IMG/VR virus record: IMGVR_UViG_3300037502_003770
Span: 248,695 to 312,694 of that record
Reading direction: 5' to 3' (one strand)
Length of the DNA: 64,000 bases
Positions 8,938 through 17,541 of this stretch are shown here, one piece after another. The notes under the pieces were generated by a model. It worked only from the letters and a program-made list of their open reading frames with translations. It ran no database searches and was not told where the DNA came from. The translations under genes were made by a program, and so were the position numbers. Within the stretch, counting starts at the first letter, position 1; the number at the start of each line of letters is the position of its first letter.

Positions 8938-9706
8938 CAATAACTTGTTTAAATCTTTTATAATAGTTTTCAAAAAAATTCATATTATCAAAACCATAAG
9001 TACCTGTACCAAAAATATCATTTATTTCAATTAAAGATGTTTTACCATTTTTAAGTACTGCAAAATCTAATGTATATAATTCAGGAGTTTTATTATAAGT
9101 AATATTACTAAAATCTTGAATACATTCCATAACTAATTTTTTATCAAGAAAATAATTATTATCATTTAATGTATCACCAAGATATAATTTAACTGATAAA
9201 ATTTCATTCTTATGAATCCATAATCTATATTCTGATAATATATCAATATGTGTTGAATATAAAAACGGTACTGAAGATTCGATATTACTATCAACTAGTA
9301 AATTAAATTGTCTTTCATTTTCAATAAATGAACCATTAAATAATTTAGTCATGTTTAAAGGTTTTACAAAAATACCTTCATTATGTTCTTTGATTAATTT
9401 ATCAAAACTGTTTATATTTCCAAGAATTAATTTTCTTTCAAAAAACTTCTCATTCATATAAATCATTTGATTTGTTAAAGAATAAGTTTCTTCAATATTA
9501 TAATATTCTTTAAGTTTTTGAAAACAATATTCAACGCTACCAGAAAAAATATCACCTTCTTGAAAGGAAGATTCATCTGTTGTGTATTCAATATTTGTTT
9601 TGTTCCACCAATTATATTTTTTAATTGAGGAAATTAAATCAAAAGTATGTTGATAGAGCGGTAATCCGTCTTCATCTTTTTGATATATAAGTTTAATATT
9701 TTTCAT
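8924..9706 (-). CDS. ATP-grasp domain protein (DUF4343 / R2K-like)
   Basis: IFVKP, SEYRLWI and YTLDFAV...LIEIND..GTGTYG motifs typical of this ATP-grasp family. Confidence 0.8.
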   Translation of the reverse strand: MKNIKLIYQKDEDGLPLYQHTFDLISSIKKYNWWNKTNIEYTTDESSFQEGDIFSGSVEYCFQKLKEYYNIEETYSLTNQMIYMNEKFFERKLILGNINSFDKLIKEHNEGIFVKPLNMTKLFNGSFIENERQFNLLVDSNIESSVPFLYSTHIDILSEYRLWIHKNEILSVKLYLGDTLNDNNYFLDKKLVMECIQDFSNITYNKTPELYTLDFAVLKNGKTSLIEINDIFGTGTYGFDNMNFFENYYKRFKQVIDGKY

Positions 9707-9914
9707 TAAATATATTAGGATTAAGTTTTAGTTGTAAATTAAACAACCTCCACATATCATATTCTTCATAATAATTATATTCGGACCAAATATGTGAAAT
9801 AGTACCATCAGTAAAATAAAAATCTAATTTTAACGGTAAAAATCTACCTTCTAATTTAATTGTAAAATCTATTTCTGAATAAGTGATGTGATTTGTTTTA
9901 ATTATTATATTCAT
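9693..9914 (-). CDS. YxE-leader array member (73 aa)
   Basis: Leader MNIIIKTNHITYSE. Confidence 0.8.
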   Translation of the reverse strand: MNIIIKTNHITYSEIDFTIKLEGRFLPLKLDFYFTDGTISHIWSEYNYYEEYDMWRLFNLQLKLNPNIFNEKY

Positions 9915-10189
9915 TAGAAACTGTTTTTATTATAAAAATTACAAGTATGAAAATTTTTAGAACTAAATATTAGTACAATATCATTAAATATATCCATATA
10001 TATAAACATTGTATTATATTTATAAAGAAAATCATTATCTTTAATATTAAATCCTATACAAGTAAGAAATTTACCATACGAAGTACTATAACTTTCAAGA
10101 TAATTTACAGATTCTTCATATAGTATATTATTAATTGTAATTTGTAAAATAATATATCTACCTGTTTTTTTATTAAAAATACCAGCCAT
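9914..10189 (-). CDS. YxE-leader array member with N-terminal extension (91 aa)
   Basis: MAGIFNKKTGRY followed by IILQITINNILYEE. Confidence 0.7.
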   Translation of the reverse strand: MAGIFNKKTGRYIILQITINNILYEESVNYLESYSTSYGKFLTCIGFNIKDNDFLYKYNTMFIYMDIFNDIVLIFSSKNFHTCNFYNKNSF

Positions 10190-10201
10190 AAAAAAATTTT
10201 A

Positions 10202-10471
10202 TTAAGTTAGTTGATTATAGTTGTAGTAATAATTATTTCCGTAATCTAAATAATAGTAAAATTGATTAAATCTAATAATTATATCTAATTCAATATATTC
10301 TCTATTTTTATCAATAGTTTTATTATTAAGATTATAAATATGATTATTATGATAATAATCAGATGGAAAAGTAAATAATTCTTTATAAAAGTCGATTTTA
10401 TAAAGAAAGAAATAAGAATCTACTAATTCTTTATATTCAAAAAAATCATTTGCTATATATAAGTTATTCAT
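10202..10471 (-). CDS. YxE-leader array member (89 aa)
   Basis: Leader MNNLYIANDFFEYKE. Confidence 0.7.
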   Translation of the reverse strand: MNNLYIANDFFEYKELVDSYFFLYKIDFYKELFTFPSDYYHNNHIYNLNNKTIDKNREYIELDIIIRFNQFYYYLDYGNNYYYNYNQLT

Positions 10472-10688
10472 AATATTTAAATTTTAAAATTTTATAACCA
10501 AAAGTACTAATATTAAGAATATCATGATTATCTGATATAGTTGAATTATCTATATCAAATGCTAATCTATTTTTATATTGTAAATCATTTACTGATAATA
10601 AAATACCAGCATGTATAAATCTATTAAAAATTATACCTGTAGTTTCCTTATAAAGAAAGTTATCAGATAGTTTAATTATTATTTCCAT
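10464..10688 (-). CDS. YxE-leader array member (74 aa)
   Basis: Leader MEIIIKLSDNFLYKE. Confidence 0.75.
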   Translation of the reverse strand: MEIIIKLSDNFLYKETTGIIFNRFIHAGILLSVNDLQYKNRLAFDIDNSTISDNHDILNISTFGYKILKFKYYE

Positions 10689-10945
10689 AAAAAATCAATT
10701 TTATCTTTAAAAGTAACATATTCAGAATTGTAATAATCATAAGATTTATGCTGTGTAATTAAATAATTATATTCATAAATAAAATTATGTTCATTTAAAA
10801 TATTACAAGTAATACCCTTATCAACACATTCAATAAAATTAAAATTGAAATATTCTTGTACTTCATACTTATTTAAGTAAACAAGATTAAAAGAATCACG
10901 TCTTTCAACATAGTTTATTTTATTTAAATAAAGTTTTATTTCCAT
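10679..10945 (-). CDS. YxE-leader array member (88 aa)
   Basis: Leader MEIKLYLNKINYVE. Confidence 0.75.
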   Translation of the reverse strand: MEIKLYLNKINYVERRDSFNLVYLNKYEVQEYFNFNFIECVDKGITCNILNEHNFIYEYNYLITQHKSYDYYNSEYVTFKDKIDFLWK

Positions 10946-10953
10946 AAAATATT

Positions 10954-11142
10954 TTAGTTATAATAATTAAACTTTTCATAATCGAATAAATCAAATTTTA
11001 TACAATTATAAGACCTTGATTTAAATACGAACTTTTCGGTGGTATCAAATGATAATAAGTATATTATTTTGTAATGTAAAAAAATACCAATACTTGAATT
11101 TTCAGTATAATTGATTTCTAAAAGTTCAATTGAAATTAACAT
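10954..11142 (-). CDS. YxE-leader array member (62 aa)
   Basis: Leader MLISIELLEINYTE. Confidence 0.75.
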   Translation of the reverse strand: MLISIELLEINYTENSSIGIFLHYKIIYLLSFDTTEKFVFKSRSYNCIKFDLFDYEKFNYYN

Positions 11143-11387
11143 AATTGATAAAAATTAAATTGAATATCTTTACGACCATCATAATCACCATCTTTAATTA
11201 CAGAATCAATATAAGATTGAATATAATAAGATTGATTAAAACTATTATAATCAAAAACAAAAATATATTCTTCTGTGATAATAGACCTTGATATTTTAAA
11301 AGATAAATAAAGTCGAGATTCTATTCTATATTTAGAACAACGTTCAATATATTCATAATTATTTGTTTTTATATCTATTTCTAACAT
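11136..11387 (-). CDS. YxE-leader array member (83 aa)
   Basis: Leader MLEIDIKTNNYEYIE. Confidence 0.8.
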   Translation of the reverse strand: MLEIDIKTNNYEYIERCSKYRIESRLYLSFKISRSIITEEYIFVFDYNSFNQSYYIQSYIDSVIKDGDYDGRKDIQFNFYQLC

Positions 11388-11388
11388 A

Positions 11389-13233
11389 TTACTTTTTATA
11401 AATTTCTTTAAATTTATTAATTACTTCAGCAAGTACACTACTATTAGAATTATCTATATAATCAATATTATCTACAACTTTGTTAATAACTTTAAGTTTA
11501 TTATTAATAATTTCATAAATTGTCTCATCAATTGTTTCACTAAACAAAAATATAAATACATTTGTATGTTCTTTTTGTCCAGACCTATGTATTCTAGCAT
11601 AACATTGTTCATTTTCGGCAGGAACATAGCTTTGTGATAACATAAACATATTCTTTGCTTTAGTTAAAGTAATACCTGCGTTACCAGCCCCAACTGTTAA
11701 TAATAAATTTTGTATAGTATTATTATCTCCTTGAAAAATATCAACAATATCTTGTCTTGTATCGGACTTTATATCACCAGTATATAATTCACTATTATTA
11801 AGAATGGTTTTAAGTTCTTTTAATGAAGATTTATAACAATCAAATATTAAAACTTTTTCATTTTCTTCATTTAAACGTTCAATATATTCTACTAAATATT
11901 TAGATTTTAATTTTGATGTATATTGTCTTAATTCGGTTAAGATTGTTAACGGTGTTTTTTGTTTTTCATTTAAAGAAATATTCATATTACCATTTTTATC
12001 TTCTTTATAATCACTTAAATTATCCCAATTAGCATCTTTAAATCCACTTTCTATTCTTTTATATTCAGCTTCTTCTGAAGGTGTTAATTCTAAATAAATC
12101 TTATTTATTGTTAAAGGAGGTAATTCTTTAAGAACATCTTCTTTTTTTACACGAAACATTATCTTTGATAATTTTTCATATATCATATCAAATTTAATAT
12201 TATCATTTATTTGTACGTATGTATTAATCTTATTATTAAAGAACATACCACAATATTCAGTATAGAATTTATTTTTACTTTTAAATTCTATCGGTCTTAA
12301 TAATTTAAGTAAATTATATAATTCTTGTACTCTATTTGGAACTGGAGTACCTGTTAATAACATAAGATTTGTATTACTTAAAGATTTCTTAAAACTTTTA
12401 GTAAAATTCTTAAACATTTGTGTTTTAGAATTCTTTAATTTATGTGCTTCATCAAAAATAATACTATCAACATTAGATAAACCTAAACTTGTTATTTTTT
12501 TATTAACATCAAAATTTCTTGAAAAATACTCATAGTTAGTAATAATATATTTACTTTCTTCTAAAGAATAACAATTTAACTTAGATTTTGAATTTAAAAC
12601 AAAAGCTTTTGAATTTGTAAAGTGATGTATTTCTTTAAGCCAATTAAGTTTTAAAGAACTAGGTACTATAACTAAAACTTTTTTACTTTGATTGATTTCT
12701 GATGCTAATATAGCTAATAATGTTTTACCAGTACCTAAATCGGCAGCTATTAAACTATTTTTTAAATGATTAGCAAATAATGCACCTTTTATTTGGTGAT
12801 TATATGGTTTCACACCTTCTTTTAAATATTTAGAATAATCAAACTTTTCCGAAACTTCATCTAATGATTGTAAAAACGTATTTAGATTAGAATCTATTGT
12901 TGCAATAATTTCTTTGTTTTTATCTTCCTTAATTTTTTTTCTCTTATAGAAATCTAATTTTGAAGAAAAAACTTCTTTATCTTCACTATTTACAAAAGAA
13001 AAAAATATATCTTTCCTTGATTTATATTCAGATATTAAACAATATAAATTATATCCGTTAAGATGCCAAGTCTTATCAGAAGGGTTATATTTTTTATCAT
13101 CAAGTTTTTTTATATTAAAAACAAGCTCTTCATTATAAAATGACTTTAATGAAAAGGTCTTTTTATCCGAAAGGAGAGTTATGTTTACTTTAAAAATTTC
13201 AGTTGCCGTATGTATATTTGTATTTTCAAACAT
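11389..13233 (-). CDS. SNF2-family helicase/translocase
   Basis: ADLGTGKT (motif I), IIFDEAHKLKN (DEAH), LLTGTP and QCYARIHRSGQ (motif VI). Confidence 0.92.
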   Translation of the reverse strand: MFENTNIHTATEIFKVNITLLSDKKTFSLKSFYNEELVFNIKKLDDKKYNPSDKTWHLNGYNLYCLISEYKSRKDIFFSFVNSEDKEVFSSKLDFYKRKKIKEDKNKEIIATIDSNLNTFLQSLDEVSEKFDYSKYLKEGVKPYNHQIKGALFANHLKNSLIAADLGTGKTLLAILASEINQSKKVLVIVPSSLKLNWLKEIHHFTNSKAFVLNSKSKLNCYSLEESKYIITNYEYFSRNFDVNKKITSLGLSNVDSIIFDEAHKLKNSKTQMFKNFTKSFKKSLSNTNLMLLTGTPVPNRVQELYNLLKLLRPIEFKSKNKFYTEYCGMFFNNKINTYVQINDNIKFDMIYEKLSKIMFRVKKEDVLKELPPLTINKIYLELTPSEEAEYKRIESGFKDANWDNLSDYKEDKNGNMNISLNEKQKTPLTILTELRQYTSKLKSKYLVEYIERLNEENEKVLIFDCYKSSLKELKTILNNSELYTGDIKSDTRQDIVDIFQGDNNTIQNLLLTVGAGNAGITLTKAKNMFMLSQSYVPAENEQCYARIHRSGQKEHTNVFIFLFSETIDETIYEIINNKLKVINKVVDNIDYIDNSNSSVLAEVINKFKEIYKK

Positions 13234-13343
13234 ATAAATATAGATTGTTAATGTGGTATATATTTTTATAATTCTTTTTTGTTAAAAAATTTTAACATTT
13301 TAAATATTAAGTTTTACTAGCAGTAAATTAAGAAGAAAATAGT

Positions 13344-14339
13344 ATGATTAAGCCGATTAGGGTTAAAAATATTGAAAGAGCGGTTATATATGAACATAGA
13401 AGAATACTCTATGTTCCGTTACAACTTGCACATACTATTTTAAATACTGGTGTAGCCGAACTAAACATGTTCCGTTGTTATTTAGGTTTATCTTTTTATA
13501 GTTCAGGAAATATTAAATATACTAATGAATTATTAGAAAAAGTAGCCGAAACAACCGCTATGGATAAAAAATCAGTTAGAAATCATATCAAAACTTTATT
13601 AGATAAAAAATATATTGGTTTTAATCCTAAGACCAATACTATTTTTGTTAATGGTTTAGATAAATTAAGAAAAATGTTTAATATTTCTTCAAGAAAAGCA
13701 TTTCTTCTTAATATAGAGGATATTTTTGATAAAAACCGATTTAAAGCTCTAATATTTTCTTCTTTTTCAGAAAACACTCTTTCTTTTCAAAAAAGAGTTA
13801 AATCTGAAAAGTTCATTAAAGAACAAATCCTGTCGTCAGCACTGGATTCAAAAAAAGACGTTGAATCTTATATAAAGCATCTTAACCTTTCAAAACCATC
13901 TTTAAGAAAAAGATATATTAAATCAATTTTAAACAGTACAAATGTATTTACCGAAGGGCGAGAACTTATACAGCGTGTTCCTGAAAATCCTAAAAATAAA
14001 TATGTAGAAAATGTTGAGAGTTATTTAGGTATATCTTGTTCAATTTATTCAGATAATTTTAAACGTAGTAAATCTTGGGCTTCCAAGATGAAAAAAAAAT
14101 CTGTTGATTATAACTTTACAAGTTATCAACATATGTATAAACCTGTATTTCAAGTATGGGAAAAGAATATTGAATTTACAAGAAAAGCTATTCTTGAATT
14201 TGATGATGTTAAATTTAATAGATATGCCGTTCATAGAGTAGGAAACAGACTTATGGTTTGTGAACAACTATATGATAGTATTGTTATTAATAAAGAATCT
14301 ATTAAGTTAGTTAATAGAAAGCCATTCTCTAAGATATAA
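13344..14339 (+). CDS. Basic protein with a predicted winged-helix N-terminal region (replication-initiator/regulator candidate)
   Basis: LEKVAETTAMDKKSVRNHIKTLLDKKYIGF looks like wHTH; Lys/Arg-rich; divergently transcribed from the SNF2 operon. Confidence 0.45.
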   Translation: MIKPIRVKNIERAVIYEHRRILYVPLQLAHTILNTGVAELNMFRCYLGLSFYSSGNIKYTNELLEKVAETTAMDKKSVRNHIKTLLDKKYIGFNPKTNTIFVNGLDKLRKMFNISSRKAFLLNIEDIFDKNRFKALIFSSFSENTLSFQKRVKSEKFIKEQILSSALDSKKDVESYIKHLNLSKPSLRKRYIKSILNSTNVFTEGRELIQRVPENPKNKYVENVESYLGISCSIYSDNFKRSKSWASKMKKKSVDYNFTSYQHMYKPVFQVWEKNIEFTRKAILEFDDVKFNRYAVHRVGNRLMVCEQLYDSIVINKESIKLVNRKPFSKI

Positions 14340-14367
14340 AACTTTTGGGAAAATACGGAAACCATAC

Positions 14368-14408
14368 TATACAGCGTAGCTGTATATAATATATAGACTG
14401 CAAGTCTA
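14368..14408. other. Two tandem GNA-triloop hairpins
   Basis: TATACAGC-GTA-GCTGTATA (14368-14386) and TAGACT-GCA-AGTCTA (14394-14408). Confidence 0.75.
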
Positions 14409-14505
14409 ACCGATAGGAAAGAGAAAAAGAATATTTACTAAGAATAGCTGTCTTTTAAGAATAATTATATATATTCTATAGTAGAAATCTATTTATTATA
14501 AAATA

Positions 14506-14515
14506 ACTATTTATT
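14506..14515 (+). promoter_or_regulatory. Promoter motif variant ACTATTTATT
   Basis: 25 nt before the ATG of the baseplate operon. Confidence 0.5.
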
Positions 14516-14539
14516 AAAGAATAGATTATTTATACAGTA

Positions 14540-17233
14540 ATGGGACTACTAAAGGACAGTACTAAACTTAGAGAACAGCTTTTATCTAAAAATTTATATA
14601 ATTATAAAGATGCTTATGATTTATCAAGGGATGAGTTTACTTCTATTCTTAATAAATCTTTAAGTTTAGGTATAGAGTTAAGAAGGAATCTTTTTATTGA
14701 CACAATAGAAAGACTTTCAGATAACACTTCTTTAGTAAACATAGGTTATCAACAATTAGCTAAATCTTTACAAAATAGAATAGCTGATAGGTTTTTATCT
14801 AATAATTTAGAAGTTACTCCAACAACTATTTCTTTTAAAGGTAAAAGTTCTTTTAAAAGTAAAGATTTTAAAATAACCCCTTATGTTAATCAGAATGTAT
14901 CTGAAGTATTTATAAATGAATTTCTAGGATATAATTCTGATGATAATTTACCTAGACTTACTTTAGAAAATGATTTATTTAATAATTTAGGGGATTTTCA
15001 AAAAAGAACGCTTATTAGTAATATTTCTAAGAATAGATTTTATAATCCAATATTTGATTCTTCTATAACAGAAAAACCTAAACAAAAAGAAAACTTTGTT
15101 TATTCTAATAGATATTTATCTCAAGATAATACGACTTACCAAAGTAACATAGAACCTAATTTAAATATAGATATTCAAAAACCTTCTGATACAGTATTAC
15201 AAGTATTAGATAATTATGATATTGAATTTGATATGGGTTTTGGTAACACTAAAAAACCTTATTTAAATAATTTATCTGATGAAGAAAAATATTTATACTA
15301 TAGTAATTTATCTGATGATGATTTAAATAATAAATTTAACATTAAAAGAGGATTATTGTATTATACAAATAAAATTATTACAGATAAAAGTATTGATAAT
15401 AAAATATCTAAAACCTTAGATGCTCTAAATATAGAGTATGGTGTTGATGAAAATACTGGTAATAGAGTATATAGAGGTGCTTCTGAATGTAGGTCTTTTA
15501 CAATTGCCGACCAATATGATAGATTTGAAAGATTAATAAGAAGCAATGGTAATGATAATTCAAAAAGCGTATTAAGAGATTCACCTTCACCTAAAATATT
15601 TTTTAAGAATAGTGATTCTTTGGATGAAAAGAAAAGAGTTTCTTTTTCAATAGAAAATCTAGCTGTTAATAAAAAGGGTATTCCTGATTGTGAGATTGGT
15701 CCTAATGGTGGTAGATTACTTTGGTTTGTTCCTTATGATTTAAAGATTTCGGATAATAATAGTATTAACTGGGAAAGTAAAGATATTGTTGGTAGAATAG
15801 AAAAATTATATTCTTATACCAATACAGAAAGAAGACTTTCTTTAACATTTAAATTATTAATGGATTTTCCTCCTCAATTTAAAGAGTATTTTGAACAAGA
15901 TACTACTAATTATACTAATTTAGTTTCTTATATACAAGGTTGTTTAAATACAAATAATAATTCAACTCCACAGGTAAATCAAACACAAGTTATAACCACA
16001 CCTACTATTAATCAACCTAAAACTAAAATACCTTCTATTACAGTAAAACCAATAGTTTATTTTGATAATGATATTGATATAATTGATAGTAGTTACGAAT
16101 TTACAAATTTAAATAAAGAATATGATAAAGATATTGATTTATTAGTTGAAAAATTAATAGAAAATATAAATGTTAATAGAAAAAAAATACAGATAAAAAT
16201 ATTGGGTCAAGCTAGTTCATTATATTTAAGTGATTATAATGCAGCCTTATCATTTAGAAGGTCTAAAGCTATTATGTTAGATATAATAGAAAGATATAAT
16301 AATTCTCAATTAGATAAATCAATATTACCAAATATTGTTTTAGAAAACTTTAACCCTAATGAAAGATTTAATTATATTAAAAAAGAAGATGTTTTAAGAG
16401 GTGTAAATAATTTAATAAATGAATCAAAGGGATATGTTAAATTTTTATTAGGTGGTTTTGGTGAAGAACCTTCTAATAGTACACAGGTAATTCCTGTAGA
16501 TGCTACTGATTTTGAGAAAAATAAAATTATTAACGATATTAAAGCTAAAAAAGAAAGAAATTCAAGAGTTACTGATGTTGAATTTATTGGTGATATAAAT
16601 ATTTCAGATAATACAACAACTTCAAGTAATATTACTCAAAATACTGATTCTACTGTTACTTTAGGAAATGATAATAATATAAATATAGTTAATATTCCTT
16701 GCGATGATGATTATTTAGATTTTCAAGCTAGAAATATAACTGATAGAATAAAAAGTTCTTTTGATAATTTTAAATATCTTACACCTATATTTCATTCTCA
16801 AACTCCTTATGATTTTGTTAAAAGATATTTATTTTTACAACAATTAACTAGACCAGGTTCTACTGAGGATAGAATTAATCAAATTGGAGGAAATTCAGTT
16901 TTTGGTAAAATGCCTGTTATTGTAATAAAATTATATGATTTTATTTATTCAAAAGCTATTTGTAATAGTATAAACTTTTCATTTGATGATGCTACATGGG
17001 ATTTTAATCCTGAAGGTATGGGTGCTATTCCAATGAGTTGTACTGTAACAATGGATATGGTTTTAATTGGTGGTCAATCATTATCAGGACCAATTGATAA
17101 AATACAAACAGCAGATGATTTTAATTTCTTATCAACTTCAACTTTTGAAAGTAATTATTATCAATCATATTCTATTGATAAAGCTAAACAACAGGAAATA
17201 AATCAGGAAAAATTAAATCAAAATAAAAAATAA
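14540..17233 (+). CDS. Baseplate / tail-tube-initiator-like protein with an OmpA-like insertion
   Basis: C-terminal FHSQTP...FGKMPVIVIKLYD...SINFSFDDATWDFNPEG region typical of myophage tube-initiator genes; central VYFDND...ILGQASS...YNAALSFRRS resembles the OmpA C-terminal domain; a gpX-like gene follows. Confidence 0.6.
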   Translation: MGLLKDSTKLREQLLSKNLYNYKDAYDLSRDEFTSILNKSLSLGIELRRNLFIDTIERLSDNTSLVNIGYQQLAKSLQNRIADRFLSNNLEVTPTTISFKGKSSFKSKDFKITPYVNQNVSEVFINEFLGYNSDDNLPRLTLENDLFNNLGDFQKRTLISNISKNRFYNPIFDSSITEKPKQKENFVYSNRYLSQDNTTYQSNIEPNLNIDIQKPSDTVLQVLDNYDIEFDMGFGNTKKPYLNNLSDEEKYLYYSNLSDDDLNNKFNIKRGLLYYTNKIITDKSIDNKISKTLDALNIEYGVDENTGNRVYRGASECRSFTIADQYDRFERLIRSNGNDNSKSVLRDSPSPKIFFKNSDSLDEKKRVSFSIENLAVNKKGIPDCEIGPNGGRLLWFVPYDLKISDNNSINWESKDIVGRIEKLYSYTNTERRLSLTFKLLMDFPPQFKEYFEQDTTNYTNLVSYIQGCLNTNNNSTPQVNQTQVITTPTINQPKTKIPSITVKPIVYFDNDIDIIDSSYEFTNLNKEYDKDIDLLVEKLIENINVNRKKIQIKILGQASSLYLSDYNAALSFRRSKAIMLDIIERYNNSQLDKSILPNIVLENFNPNERFNYIKKEDVLRGVNNLINESKGYVKFLLGGFGEEPSNSTQVIPVDATDFEKNKIINDIKAKKERNSRVTDVEFIGDINISDNTTTSSNITQNTDSTVTLGNDNNINIVNIPCDDDYLDFQARNITDRIKSSFDNFKYLTPIFHSQTPYDFVKRYLFLQQLTRPGSTEDRINQIGGNSVFGKMPVIVIKLYDFIYSKAICNSINFSFDDATWDFNPEGMGAIPMSCTVTMDMVLIGGQSLSGPIDKIQTADDFNFLSTSTFESNYYQSYSIDKAKQQEINQEKLNQNKK

Positions 17234-17234
17234 T

Positions 17235-17534
17235 ATGAGTTTAAATAGATATATAAATATAAGTAAAGAACCTTTAATAGATTTTATTAAAATTCCTGTA
17301 TTACCAACTGATGAATATATACAATATAAAGTAGGTGTTACTGTTTTTGATAATTTATCTTTTGAATATTATGGTAATAGTGAATACTCATATTTAATAA
17401 AAAACGCTAATCCTCAAAAAATATTTGAATTTGATTTTGAAAATGGTGATATAATAAGAATACCTTTACCATTACAGTCAGCTATTGATAGATATAACAT
17501 TTCTAAAAATAAACTATATACTTTAAATAATTAA
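17235..17534 (+). CDS. LysM-like / P2 gpX-like baseplate protein
   Basis: DNLSFEYYGNSEYSYLIKNANP...GDIIRIP pattern. Confidence 0.75.
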   Translation: MSLNRYINISKEPLIDFIKIPVLPTDEYIQYKVGVTVFDNLSFEYYGNSEYSYLIKNANPQKIFEFDFENGDIIRIPLPLQSAIDRYNISKNKLYTLNN

Positions 17535-17541
17535 AAATTAT

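Noticed and set aside
5424-11387. CRISPR array, integron cassette array or diversity-generating retroelement as the explanation for the small-gene array
   Set aside because: The repeated unit is an in-frame coding leader conserved mainly at the amino-acid level. I saw no fixed-length repeat/spacer pattern, no attC-like palindromes between genes, and no integrase, cas or reverse-transcriptase gene in the window.
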